The notes: generated by a model from the sequence alone, not told the origin. A stretch of 64,000 bases of DNA from Nitrospirota bacterium (GCA_016195565.1 JACPZK010000004.1:4003-68002), one strand, 5' to 3'; shown: positions 8,492 to 18,172, counted from the first letter of the stretch. Numbers and translations are program-made.

Positions 8492-9661
8492 GTGGGCAGA
8501 AAAATGATAGCTGTATTCCTTTTCGTATTTATTTTTTATGTCTCTGTTAATATTGCCGAGTGTTTTGCTGAATTAGAATGCGTTGATGCAGAGGGCGAGG
8601 CTGTTATTGTGAACAACGATGTGCCGTCTGCAAAAGCAGAGGCAATAGCAAGGGCAAAATGGAGCGCGATAGAGCAGGCGGTGGGTGTTGAGGTTAAGGC
8701 GCAGAGCGTGGTTCAGAATATGACGCTTGTTGACGATGCTGTAAGCAAACAGATAAGAGGCGTTATCTCTGGCTTCAAAGAGCTTGCCAAAGAAACGCGG
8801 AAAGATACCTTTTGGGTCAGGATAAATGCATGTGTTGAACCTTTAAAGGCTCAGGATGCACTTATGTCATTAGCCCTGAATAATTCCTTAGTGGTTTTTA
8901 TTCCTGCAAGGAAACCAAAGGTCGTAAGCGAACATAGCAGCAAGCACAGCACTTCTCTTCAGACGGCTGATGAATATGATGAGACAAACATCCTTTCAGA
9001 AAAATTAATTGGAAAACTTATAGAGCAGGGCTATCAGGTTGTTGATGTGGCTCCAACTCATGCAATGGATGCCGCTGATATCGAAAAGGCGGTGAAGTCC
9101 GGGAATTATATGACAGTGAGGTCTTTGATGTATAAGTTTCTTTCAAATGTCCTGCTTATCGGGAAGATTGATTATACTATCTCAACAAAAAAGGGGGAGG
9201 ATATCGGTTATGGCATTTCCATGCCGTTTCACAATGTCACTGTCAGGCTTACTTACAGGCTGATTACCAGAGATAAGGCAGGCAAGAATATTATTCTTCA
9301 GGCAGGCGCTGAAGAAGCAAAGGGACTGGCAATGAGCGTGGAGGATGCAACTGAGAAGGGTTTGCAGGCGCTCCAGGAAAAGATCACCCCGATTGTGTTA
9401 GAAGCCCTGTCAAAGCACATTAAAGGCGCTTCAAAGAAAATATCCTTTACAGCAAAGGACGTATCAGATATAAGCGTGAATTTCCAGATAAAGGAGATAT
9501 TGCAGAACACCGCGTGGGTTACCTCAGTCGAGGAAAAGAAACTCGGGGAATTTCTGGTTGGTTATCCGGAAAATATAGTTTATCTTATAAACAGCCTTGT
9601 CCAGAAAGGATTCAGACTCACGAACTTTACTAATTTGTCTGTGACAATGGAATACAGGTAA
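8492..9661 (+). CDS. exported protein, N-terminal LPP20/FlgP-like region (tentative)
   Basis: GTG start 9 nt after GGGAGG. Signal peptide present. The pattern AEGEAVIVNNDVPSAKAEAIARAKWSAIEQAVGVEV resembles LPP20-type lipoprotein domains. Confidence 0.45.
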   Translation: MGRKMIAVFLFVFIFYVSVNIAECFAELECVDAEGEAVIVNNDVPSAKAEAIARAKWSAIEQAVGVEVKAQSVVQNMTLVDDAVSKQIRGVISGFKELAKETRKDTFWVRINACVEPLKAQDALMSLALNNSLVVFIPARKPKVVSEHSSKHSTSLQTADEYDETNILSEKLIGKLIEQGYQVVDVAPTHAMDAADIEKAVKSGNYMTVRSLMYKFLSNVLLIGKIDYTISTKKGEDIGYGISMPFHNVTVRLTYRLITRDKAGKNIILQAGAEEAKGLAMSVEDATEKGLQALQEKITPIVLEALSKHIKGASKKISFTAKDVSDISVNFQIKEILQNTAWVTSVEEKKLGEFLVGYPENIVYLINSLVQKGFRLTNFTNLSVTMEYR

Positions 9662-9702
9662 TTCATAAACTTACAGGCCTGATTTAATTAAGGGGGGATT
9701 GC

Positions 9703-10671
9703 ATGAGAAAAGTATTTATCAGTTTTCTGGTTGTTGCCATTATATGTATTAGTGCTTTTACATCCGAGGCGGCAAAGAAAAAAGTAGCGGTTCTGGATTT
9801 TGAGTACGGGACAATAAGGGACCGGTGGTGGCCCGGAGACTGGGATATAGGTAAAGGCATATCAGATATGATGGTAACGCAGCTTGTAAAAGACGGCACT
9901 TTTTCAGTGATAGAGAGAAAACAGATTGAAAAGGTAATCAGCGAGCAAAAACTCGGAGCCAGCGGCCTGGTTGATGTTTCAACTGCAGCTCAAATCGGTA
10001 AAATCCTTGGTGTTAAGTATGTGATTCTGGGAAGCATTACCCAGTTCGGCATTGATACTAAAAATATTGATACCGGCGGCTTTGGAAGGATGTTTGGGCT
10101 TGGAGCAGATGTAGGTGTATCAACTGCTGTTGCTACTGTATATATTGATGCAAGAATGATTGATACTACAACTGCTGAGATAGTTGCTGTAGCTGAGGGC
10201 AAGGCTTCGGAAAGCAAAAGCAATGTGAAAATTTTTGCAAGTGATCGGCATCGGGGATACGGCCACGTGGCAATCGGCAGTTCAGGATTTGATGGTACCA
10301 TTCTTGGACAGACCACGCGCAAGTGTGTAGAAGATGTAGTAAAGCAACTTTCAGGAAAGACGACCGGCGCGGGAACATCTGGAGGAGCAATAAAAACAAA
10401 GGTGGCTGATACTGATGCCGGGTCAAAGACAGTTTATATAGCCGCAGGCAGCGGCGAGGGGATAACAGTCGGCCAGACCTTGTATGTTGTTAAGGTAAAG
10501 AAAGAGATAAAGGATCCTGAAACAGGAGAGGTTATAAAAAGGGTGGTAGAGACAACGGCAGAGATGGAAGTGACCGAGGTTGACAATAAATCCGCAACTG
10601 CTACAATTGTAAAAGGAAACATAAATGACATAAAGATAGGAGACAATGTCAGTTCTACACCTTCACTTTAA
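9703..10671 (+). CDS. CsgG-family (curli assembly/transport component-like) exported protein
   Basis: Signal peptide. KKKVAVLDFEY..GKGISDMMVTQLVKDGTFSVIERKQIEKVISEQ..GVKYVILGSITQFG..GLGADVG..VYIDARMIDTTTAEIV matches the CsgG family pattern. An extra C-terminal beta-rich domain follows. Confidence 0.7.
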   Translation: MRKVFISFLVVAIICISAFTSEAAKKKVAVLDFEYGTIRDRWWPGDWDIGKGISDMMVTQLVKDGTFSVIERKQIEKVISEQKLGASGLVDVSTAAQIGKILGVKYVILGSITQFGIDTKNIDTGGFGRMFGLGADVGVSTAVATVYIDARMIDTTTAEIVAVAEGKASESKSNVKIFASDRHRGYGHVAIGSSGFDGTILGQTTRKCVEDVVKQLSGKTTGAGTSGGAIKTKVADTDAGSKTVYIAAGSGEGITVGQTLYVVKVKKEIKDPETGEVIKRVVETTAEMEVTEVDNKSATATIVKGNINDIKIGDNVSSTPSL

Positions 10672-10694
10672 AACAACAAAACAAAGGCATTACA

Positions 10695-10964
10695 ATGAAC
10701 AAAAATGATAAAGAGGAATTGACTATACTGAGAATGTTATCAATACTCGCATTGCTTTTATTAGCATCTGTCGCATGTGCGCCGCCAGCTATTAAGACCA
10801 CTGCCCTTATGCCTGCAAAGTTTCATGAAGCTGCACAGTTAAAGGAAGTGGCTGTATTGCCTTTTGAAGGTGAGAGGGGAAGAGAGTTTTCAGCTGAAAT
10901 TGAAGGAGTTCTGGCAGGCGTAAACATTGGTGATAAACAATATTTTTCTTTGGCAGATAGCTAA
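10695..10964 (+). CDS. short lipoprotein ORF, possibly a truncated CsgG/LpoB-like N-terminal fragment
   Basis: Lipobox (LLLASVAC). Contains the EVAVLPFEGERG motif shared with neighbouring genes but ends after 89 aa. Confidence 0.35.
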   Translation: MNKNDKEELTILRMLSILALLLLASVACAPPAIKTTALMPAKFHEAAQLKEVAVLPFEGERGREFSAEIEGVLAGVNIGDKQYFSLADS

Positions 10965-11142
10965 AAAACAGGAAAAATCGCCAGTTTAATTGACCTGAAA
11001 GGCGGTGTTTTTGTCGCTTTATAGAAACTTTTAAGGCGGAGGTGAATTTTACCTTTACATATATTGCTGTTAGTGGTAAATAGTAAGAAGAGACGATGCT
11101 AATGCTATTAATAACTTTAACGACAAAACGAAGGAGGTAGGT

Positions 11143-12354
11143 ATGAAAGGCTGTATGAGAGTTCTGTTTATGGTTTTTATTCTTGCGTTTGTTTCTTCGT
11201 GCGGGAAGCAGGTTGCTAAATGCACGGACCCGACCGACAATCCGTCTCACCACTATTTAATGGGGATGCAGGCGCTGGAGGAGAAAAAAATTGATGTTGC
11301 GCAGAGCAAGTTTGAAAGGGCTAATTTTTGCGATGAAAAGTTCTCTCCTGCCCATGACGGTCTTGCCATTGTTTCAGCTTACAAGACTAAACAACAGGCT
11401 GACGCAGCATTTAAAAAAGTAGAGACTGAAAAGGCGATGGAACACCTCAAAAAAGCAGGCAAGCTTGCGGAAAGCGCTGAGGATAAATTTGACCACCTTG
11501 TGGCAACGATGAGAGTATACAGCGCCATTAAACCAACAAAAGACTGGCTGAAGACAGCAGAGGACGCTTTCAGCGATATTCGCGATCTGAAGGTTGAAGA
11601 AAAGAAGCTGACTTATTATCAGGGCAAAGAGGCTGCGGATTATTTTATGGGCAAGGCATATCTTAATGCATTAGAGTTCAGGCAGGCAAGAGATAAGTTT
11701 GCCGATGTCCTCAATGCAAAGAGAGAAGGCAAATGGAATGAGAAGGCTGATAAGGCGCATAAGCGAGTAGACAAGATAGTCCGCGCTATGGCAGGCATTA
11801 CGGTAGGCGATGTCGGCAAGCAGATAGCTGTTAAAGATTCAGTCACAAGGGCAGACCTTGCGGCGCTTCTTATTGTTGAGATGAAACTTGACAAGCTTTT
11901 TGCAGGACGCATCCCGGTAAAATCACAGATTGACAAAATGAAGGCAGAGTTTACGCCGGCAGATGTGCTTAACCATCCATTTAAGGAAGAGGTGCTTACA
12001 ATAATGAAGTGGAAGGTAAGGGGGCTTGAGCCGAAGTTTGACGAGACTACGAAGGCATATCTCTTTAAACCGTCGGATGTTGTAAAAAGAGGCGAAATGG
12101 CATTGATACTTGAAGACGTATTAATTAAACTCACAGGCAAAGAGGAACTTGCCACTGCATTTTTCGGACAGGATACATCACCGTTTCCTGATGTGAGAAA
12201 AACATCGCCGTTCTATAATGCTGTTATGAATATGACAACAAAAGGTATTATGGAAGGCGAGCTTTCAGGCGAGTTCAGGATAGATGCTCCTGTTGACGGA
12301 GCAGAAGCTATTCTTGCAATGAGAGTTTTAAAGCAGAGGATGAACATTTATTAG
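11143..12354 (+). CDS. lipoprotein with TPR-like N-terminal part and SLH (S-layer homology)-like C-terminal repeats
   Basis: Lipobox (AFVSSC|GK). The C-terminus has three SLH-like units (VTRADLAALLIVEM; VVKRGEMALILEDV; FPDVRKTSPFYNAVMNMTTKGIMEG..PVDGAEAILAMRVL). Confidence 0.55.
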   Translation: MKGCMRVLFMVFILAFVSSCGKQVAKCTDPTDNPSHHYLMGMQALEEKKIDVAQSKFERANFCDEKFSPAHDGLAIVSAYKTKQQADAAFKKVETEKAMEHLKKAGKLAESAEDKFDHLVATMRVYSAIKPTKDWLKTAEDAFSDIRDLKVEEKKLTYYQGKEAADYFMGKAYLNALEFRQARDKFADVLNAKREGKWNEKADKAHKRVDKIVRAMAGITVGDVGKQIAVKDSVTRADLAALLIVEMKLDKLFAGRIPVKSQIDKMKAEFTPADVLNHPFKEEVLTIMKWKVRGLEPKFDETTKAYLFKPSDVVKRGEMALILEDVLIKLTGKEELATAFFGQDTSPFPDVRKTSPFYNAVMNMTTKGIMEGELSGEFRIDAPVDGAEAILAMRVLKQRMNIY

Positions 12355-12361
12355 CATTAAA

Positions 12362-12428
12362 TTAAAAGTTGGAAGTTGAAAATGAAAAGTTTTAAAACTC
12401 TTAATTCTAAACTTTTAACTCTTAACTT
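12362..12428. repeat. AAAGT-unit dispersed repeat in inverted configuration (intergenic)
   Basis: ttaaaagttggaagttgaaaatgaaaagtt is followed by its imperfect reverse complement aactcttaattctaaacttttaactcttaactt. It could fold as a long hairpin after gene 11143..12354. Confidence 0.8.
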
Positions 12429-12446
12429 AAATAAAAGGAGGACGAT

Positions 12447-13457
12447 ATGAAACATAAGAGATGGCTTATCGGAGCGTTGATTTTACTCATTGGACTTGGA
12501 GGCATAGCTGTTGCCCAGCAATACCCGATGGATCAAATGGGAGGACAGCAGCCGCCTCAACAGCCTCCCCAGTCAGGCACTGTTCAGGTTGACGCAAGTT
12601 TTACTGCTGCAAATGAGTGGCTGAGCAAGAATAATCTTTCTTTAACCGGCAGCGCTGCAGGCAGGGATGACAATGCTGCTTTCAGTCAGGAAATGATCTT
12701 GTTTTACGGCGAGGCGTATGGCAATCCTGCGCATACTAATATCGCGCAAAGGGGAGGCATGGCTAAAAGGGCAGCAGTAGTTGTCGCTCAGAGATCGCTT
12801 GCAGAATATATGAACGGCTTTGCGATTGTCGGCGATACGCTGGTTAAAGACGGCGTAGCACAGTATGATGTAATCAGGTCTGCTGTTGCTGGGTTCATAA
12901 AAGGCATGCAGGTAGTATTTCAGGATTACAGCCCAGAGAAAGATACTGCCATTGCCATAATCAAGGTAGGAATGCACGGGCCGGATGGTTTTGCAACCAG
13001 CGTGTATAAAAAGATGTTTGTGTCCGAAAAAAAGATGGACCCCCAATTCGTAAAGGCTATTCATGAGGTAGACGGCAAACCTGCACCTAACTTTAAGGCA
13101 GCGGTAGTGCCTATTGAAAGTTACGATGGACTTATAATTGACGCTACTGAGCAGAACTTCAGGCCTGCCCTGATAAACAGGGTGTTCACTCCCAAGGGAG
13201 AACTGCTTTACGATCCATCAAAGATAAGCCAGAAAGTGCTTGTTGAGCAGGGATGCGGCGAATATACAAACAGTGTGGACAAGGCAAAGGCTGCGCTTGA
13301 TTCAAGAGGCGTAAAAAACCCTCTTATTATTAAGGCAGTAGGCACGGTTAGCGTGTCTGACCTTCAGGTCTCCGATGATGACGCAGTGAGTATCTTTTCG
13401 GCAAACCAAAAGAAAGGTTTTTTTGCAAGCGCGAAGGTAGCATTTGTGTTGAAATAA
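12447..13457 (+). CDS. exported protein, LPP20-like central region (tentative)
   Basis: Signal peptide. Q/P-rich linker. MAKRAAVVVAQRSLAEYMNGFAIVGDTLVKDG resembles LPP20-type domains. Confidence 0.4.
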   Translation: MKHKRWLIGALILLIGLGGIAVAQQYPMDQMGGQQPPQQPPQSGTVQVDASFTAANEWLSKNNLSLTGSAAGRDDNAAFSQEMILFYGEAYGNPAHTNIAQRGGMAKRAAVVVAQRSLAEYMNGFAIVGDTLVKDGVAQYDVIRSAVAGFIKGMQVVFQDYSPEKDTAIAIIKVGMHGPDGFATSVYKKMFVSEKKMDPQFVKAIHEVDGKPAPNFKAAVVPIESYDGLIIDATEQNFRPALINRVFTPKGELLYDPSKISQKVLVEQGCGEYTNSVDKAKAALDSRGVKNPLIIKAVGTVSVSDLQVSDDDAVSIFSANQKKGFFASAKVAFVLK

Positions 13458-13504
13458 ATAACGTTAAAGAGTCAACCCCGAGCTGATCGGGGCATGGGTT
13501 TAAG

Positions 13505-13541
13505 CATGAGTGACAGACGATTAGAGCGTCTGTCACTCATG
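13505..13541. terminator. perfect 15-bp-stem hairpin (possible terminator or RNA element)
   Basis: CATGAGTGACAGACG (13505-13519), 7-nt loop, CGTCTGTCACTCATG (13527-13541). Preceded by a smaller hairpin CCCCGA..TCGGGG (13477-13493). No T-tract follows. Confidence 0.4.
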
Positions 13542-13575
13542 ACGTTATGGGGATTCTTTAGGAGGTAAAAGGCTG

Positions 13576-15240
13576 ATGGCTATCTTAATAATATTCCTAT
13601 GCATGGTTGCAGTTTTTTCTCCCCTGCCGTGTTCAGCCAAGACCCTTATTCTTGACGGAGATCTGGAAAGCGGGATAAAGATGTCCCAGCAGATCAGCTT
13701 TGACGTCCAGCAGAGCGTAAAATCATTAACTTTTAAATTTGCTCTTCCGACTGAATTTTCCAATAAGGCAACGTCACAGGGTGTTGACAGCCTGAATATA
13801 AAATTTACGCCTGAACCGGTATCAGTTACAGATGATATAGATAAATTCGGCAACAGGTTTAAAAAAGTCAGGTGGGAGAACCTTAATCAGCGCGTCAATA
13901 TTACAATATCATTCAATGCCCGCATAAAAGCGGAACTGCGTTCAATGGAGAGCACCGCCCCGTTCCCTTTAAACGGAATATCAGGCAATGACGCTGTATT
14001 TCTCAAGCCGACACAGATGGTGCAAAGCGACAATGAAGAAATAATGGCCCTCTCAAGGAGGCTTACAGGCAATGCAAGGACCACTCACGATGCCGTGAAC
14101 GCAATACTTAACTGGGTAGCTGACAATGTGAAGTACACTTACAACCCTCCTCAATACGATGCGATACACACGATGAAAACAGGCAAGGGCAATTGCCAGA
14201 ACTTTGCGCATCTCTCAATGGCATTGCTAAGAGCCGCAGGCATTCCCTCCAGAATTGTCGGCGGCATCAGCCTTAAACGCCAGTGGAAGGTCCCTGTTGA
14301 AAACGGTTATCTTGTGCAGGATATGGGGCAGGGCGGACATGCATGGATGGAGATATTCTTTCCTGATTTAGGATGGCTTTCCTATGATCCCCAGCAGTCA
14401 AGGCAGTTTACTTCAACAAGGCATATCAAACAGACGCACGGACTGGATTCAAAGGATATTAATGACTCATGGTCAGCGTCTCCCTATCTGCCGAAATACA
14501 GCGAGGACATAGAAGCTGTATTTAATAACGACAACATCAATATAAAACTAAGGTCTTCAAAGAGCGCTCCCGTATCTTATATAATGAGCAATAATCTCAT
14601 GGCAAAAACAATCGCCCCTGAAAAACCACTGCCGCCGATTCCTAAACCTGAACCGCCTGTGACAAGGCCGGAACCTCCGGTTAAGCCTTCCCCTAAAAAG
14701 AAAGGCATTATCGAATTCGGCAATACGGACTTTCCAACACTTGTTGATGCCTATCAAACTGTTGGAAATGTTGCTACAAGGATTCTTGATAAAGAGACTG
14801 CCGAGTATGTAACATCACGGTATATTTATGCACAGGCGTTTACCGTGACTGATACGATGACAATGTATGAAGTGTCTCTTGCCATGCGAAAATTCGGAGG
14901 CGACGGCACGCTCTATATTGATATTGTTAAGGATGAAAATGGGAAGCCAGGTTTTGCCGGAGAAAGATCGCTGCCTGTTTTCCTTGGAAACATAAAGTTC
15001 CGTCCGGGTTATTACTGGATAGATTTTGTATTTGCTAAAGCTAATGAGCCGTCGCCTGTTCTTAAGCCGGGCAAATACTGGATAATACTCAGGCATTCAG
15101 GAGAGGCGATAGTAAACTGGTTTTATATTCCCGGCAATGCTTATGGGGACGGAGACGATACGCGTTCAACTGTTAAGGGCTATAAATGGGAAGACCTGCT
15201 GAATTACGACTTCGTGTTTAAGGTGAGGGGGAAAATATAA
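13576..15240 (+). CDS. exported transglutaminase-like cysteine protease superfamily protein
   Basis: Signal peptide. Transglutaminase core motif GKGNCQNFAHLSMALLRAAGIPSRIV ... GGHAWMEIFFPDLGWLSYDP (Cys-His-Asp). Pro-rich linker PEKPLPPIPKPEPPVTRPEPPVKP. Confidence 0.8.
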   Translation: MAILIIFLCMVAVFSPLPCSAKTLILDGDLESGIKMSQQISFDVQQSVKSLTFKFALPTEFSNKATSQGVDSLNIKFTPEPVSVTDDIDKFGNRFKKVRWENLNQRVNITISFNARIKAELRSMESTAPFPLNGISGNDAVFLKPTQMVQSDNEEIMALSRRLTGNARTTHDAVNAILNWVADNVKYTYNPPQYDAIHTMKTGKGNCQNFAHLSMALLRAAGIPSRIVGGISLKRQWKVPVENGYLVQDMGQGGHAWMEIFFPDLGWLSYDPQQSRQFTSTRHIKQTHGLDSKDINDSWSASPYLPKYSEDIEAVFNNDNINIKLRSSKSAPVSYIMSNNLMAKTIAPEKPLPPIPKPEPPVTRPEPPVKPSPKKKGIIEFGNTDFPTLVDAYQTVGNVATRILDKETAEYVTSRYIYAQAFTVTDTMTMYEVSLAMRKFGGDGTLYIDIVKDENGKPGFAGERSLPVFLGNIKFRPGYYWIDFVFAKANEPSPVLKPGKYWIILRHSGEAIVNWFYIPGNAYGDGDDTRSTVKGYKWEDLLNYDFVFKVRGKI

Positions 15241-15282
15241 TGAAACAATCATGTCTCAAGGAGAGACAAAGAGCAATGAAAG

Positions 15283-15420
15283 TGTCATTGCGAGGAGCGA
15301 GATTCCTCACTTGTCATTGCGAGACTCACAAAGTGAGACGAAGCAATCTCAAAACAGGTTCGGAACAGGCTCCGCAGTCTTTAGATGCGAGATTGCCACG
15401 CCTTCGGCTCGCAATGACAA
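15283..15420. repeat. MITE/REP-like element with GTCATTGCGAG terminal inverted repeats
   Basis: GTCATTGCGAG at 15283 and again at 15313. The complement CTCGCAATGAC is near 15407-15417. An internal hairpin CTCAC-AAA-GTGAG is present. A related copy lies at 39218-39309. Confidence 0.7.
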
Positions 15421-15425
15421 GTTAG

Positions 15426-15890
15426 ATGTATTTTCAGATGAAAATACTCAGTATACTGGCTGTTTTTGTTTTTTTCATGCTTTCGGCAGACGCCCTGTCT
15501 GCTGAGAAGGCGCAGAAACAAAACCCGCCCCTGTCCAAAGAAGAAATTCAGAAGTTAAGAGATATAGCAGTGATTATCGCGGAAGAAATAACAAGAAGAA
15601 ACATAAAGTCTGTTACAATAATAGATTTTAAAGACATTGAAGGCAATCCCTCAAAAAGAGGGAAAACAGTTGCTGCTGAATTCCGAAAGCAGATGGAGGC
15701 TTTAGGCAAGGCAAATTTTACGGTTAAGGACAGCGGCGGAGGCGCTTTGGTTACGGGAATGTTTCTTCCGTTTAAGGGCGGCGATAAATGGAGGCTGGAC
15801 ATAAAAGTCATAGAAGCTTTGTCGCCTGACAACAGGCTTATTACCTCTTACAGCGGGTTTTTCAGAAAAACAAAAGGGGTGAAAAAATGA
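15426..15890 (+). CDS. exported protein, unknown function (FlgO/TolB-N-like pattern, tentative)
   Basis: Signal peptide. IKSVTIIDFKDIEGNPSKRGKTVAAEFRKQMEAL resembles the N-terminal module seen in neighbouring CsgG/DUF799-like proteins. Confidence 0.4.
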   Translation: MYFQMKILSILAVFVFFMLSADALSAEKAQKQNPPLSKEEIQKLRDIAVIIAEEITRRNIKSVTIIDFKDIEGNPSKRGKTVAAEFRKQMEALGKANFTVKDSGGGALVTGMFLPFKGGDKWRLDIKVIEALSPDNRLITSYSGFFRKTKGVKK

Positions 15891-18172
15891 AAAATATATT
15901 GTCAGTCTCATCAATCCTATTTGTTTTAATATTCCTTTCATCATGCGCGCCGACACAGGAGATAAAAAAAGACACGCCTGAAGCACAGGCTGTTGCAGAA
16001 GAAGAACTTCCAAGAATCGTTGCAGTCCTGCCATTTCAGAACGATACAGAGGAAAGAGGCATAGCAAATCAGGTCAGGAAAGCATTTTACAACCATTTCA
16101 GTTCCAAACCTTACAGAGATATTGAGCCCTCAATCCTTGATGAAAAAATCGTGCATCTGGAAAAAGCTACAGGCAAAACTGTTCTTGAACTGAAACCTGC
16201 TGAGGTATGCCAATCGCTCGGATGTGACGGGCTGGTATATGGCAGGATCACTGACTTTAAAAAAGTTTACGCTGCTGTTTATTCCCAACTCGGTGTGGAA
16301 GCAGAGGTATGGATAGTGAATACAAAAACAGGGAAAGAGGTATTAAGGTTAAAGGACGCTGTGAGATACCACGAAGGCGGAGTTCCACTATCTCCGCTTG
16401 GAATAATAATGACTGCTGTGTCTACAGCTATGAATCTCAGGGAGATTCAGCAAGTAAGGCTGGTAAGTGAGCTTGCTTACAAGTTAAATGAAAAGATACC
16501 TTCTCCGTCAGGAATGGCCGCTGAGGACAGGCCTGTAATTAAGGAAGTGCTGACTAATATAAAAGAAGGGCCGTTCGGAAAAGGCAAGATAATCAGGGCA
16601 GGGCTTGAAGGCGACAAGTCAATGGTGGCAATGTTTGACATAGGCAATTACAAAAAGAACATTCCGATGAAAGAGGTAAAACCCGGCATCTATACCGGAG
16701 AATACCTTGTGCTGCCCGGAGATAACATAAAAGACATGCCCATCGTTGCTACGCTGAAAAAACCCGGCGGATATGAAAGCCAGTGGATGGATGTAAGCGG
16801 TTTTGTGACGATTGATACCACTCCGCCCCCTCAGGTCAAGGGCGTGAAGGCGAAAGGATTTCACGACAGGATTGAGCTTGCATGGGAGCCGTTAAAGGAC
16901 ATATCCGACCTCGCAGGTTATAAGGTCTTAAGAAGCGAGCAGCCTCTAAGCGGATATGCTGAGATAGCTAAAGTAGAAGTCAGTATTTTTGAAGATAAAA
17001 CAGCCAAGCCTGATAAGATTTATTATTACAGGGTTTCGGCATTTGACCTGACAGGCAATGAATCAGACCTGCAGGACCCTCTCAGGGCCTCTCTCGTATC
17101 CAAAGAACCTGTCCCGCTTTCAGGCGAGCTTAAAAAAGATACTGTTCTTTCGGGAAATTATATTGTGAAAAACAGCCTCACAGTCCCCAAGGGTTTATCG
17201 CTGACGATAGAGCCCGAAACGCTGATTATGTTTGATGAGAATGCATCTCTCAATGTTTATGGCAAAATGATTGCAAGCGGAAAGGAATCTCCTGTTGAAC
17301 TTATACCCGCAGGAGATAAAAAGTGGAAGGGCATAACCGCTGATGGAGCCAATATCGCGGTCAGCGGTTTCCGCATTAAAGGCGCAGCAACTGCAATGCT
17401 TTTGCGAAACACAGAGGGCTCAATGGAAAACGGTGTAATCACAGGCAGCAATATCGGAGTTTCTGTCTCGGGCACACCCTCTGTTGCAATGAAAGGCTTA
17501 ACAATCTCAGGCAATAAAACAGGGATTGAGCTTCAACAGACAGATGCAAAGGTTCTTCAGGCAAACATCTTTCAGAATGCCGAAGGCATCCGCATAAAGG
17601 GATTTTCAGGAGAGATAAAAGACAATAACATCGTTGACAATGAGAAGAACATCTCATCCGAATCAAACATAAAAATTGGCGCAAACTATCTCGGCTCCAT
17701 AAACGTAGATGAGATGAGAATAAAAGGAATCAGCTTAACAAAGACGTATGACAATAAAGTTCCTGACGGCAAGATTGTGGATGCTATTTTCAACCCCTAT
17801 GCGCTTCTAAACAATGAGGAACGCCAGAAAAAGGCAACGGAATTTCTTATTGAGGCAGGCAGCTATTTCAGGCAGAGGAATTACGGCAAGGCAGTAACGC
17901 TTTTTGAAGAAGCATTAAAGGCATTCCCGACTGCTGATACATATTATTACATTGCGCTTTGTTATCAGGAGATGAAGGAAGATGAGAAGGCTCTGAAATA
18001 TTTAAAAGAAGGCGTTGAGAAGTTCCCGAAAGATTCCACGCTCCAAAAATCCCTCGGCCTTATGTATTACCAGAAGGGCAGGGATGCAGAGGCCAAGAAG
18101 GCATTTGAAGAAGTCCTGCGGCTGAGCCCCGAAGACAGACAGGTTAAATTCATGCTTGAGAGGATGAAGTAA
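15887..18172 (+). CDS. multidomain lipoprotein: DUF799/GNA1162-like N-terminus, FN3-like, beta-helix-like repeats, C-terminal TPR
   Basis: ATGA overlap with the upstream gene. Lipobox (IFLSSC|AP). RIVAVLPFQNDTEERGIANQVRKAFYNHF..GCDGLVYGRITDF. FN3-like segment (GYKVLRSEQPLSGY..YYYRVSAFDLTGNES). TPR at the end (YYYIALCYQEMKEDEKALKYLKEG). Confidence 0.55.
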   Translation: MKNILSVSSILFVLIFLSSCAPTQEIKKDTPEAQAVAEEELPRIVAVLPFQNDTEERGIANQVRKAFYNHFSSKPYRDIEPSILDEKIVHLEKATGKTVLELKPAEVCQSLGCDGLVYGRITDFKKVYAAVYSQLGVEAEVWIVNTKTGKEVLRLKDAVRYHEGGVPLSPLGIIMTAVSTAMNLREIQQVRLVSELAYKLNEKIPSPSGMAAEDRPVIKEVLTNIKEGPFGKGKIIRAGLEGDKSMVAMFDIGNYKKNIPMKEVKPGIYTGEYLVLPGDNIKDMPIVATLKKPGGYESQWMDVSGFVTIDTTPPPQVKGVKAKGFHDRIELAWEPLKDISDLAGYKVLRSEQPLSGYAEIAKVEVSIFEDKTAKPDKIYYYRVSAFDLTGNESDLQDPLRASLVSKEPVPLSGELKKDTVLSGNYIVKNSLTVPKGLSLTIEPETLIMFDENASLNVYGKMIASGKESPVELIPAGDKKWKGITADGANIAVSGFRIKGAATAMLLRNTEGSMENGVITGSNIGVSVSGTPSVAMKGLTISGNKTGIELQQTDAKVLQANIFQNAEGIRIKGFSGEIKDNNIVDNEKNISSESNIKIGANYLGSINVDEMRIKGISLTKTYDNKVPDGKIVDAIFNPYALLNNEERQKKATEFLIEAGSYFRQRNYGKAVTLFEEALKAFPTADTYYYIALCYQEMKEDEKALKYLKEGVEKFPKDSTLQKSLGLMYYQKGRDAEAKKAFEEVLRLSPEDRQVKFMLERMK

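Noticed and set aside
15240-15505. ORFs 15240..15425 and 15251..15505 (translations containing SLRLAMT and similar)
   Set aside because: They run through the GTCATTGCGAG MITE-like element and have no RBS. The same repeat at 39218-39309 generates a similar spurious ORF (39145..39354). They are better explained as repeat DNA.
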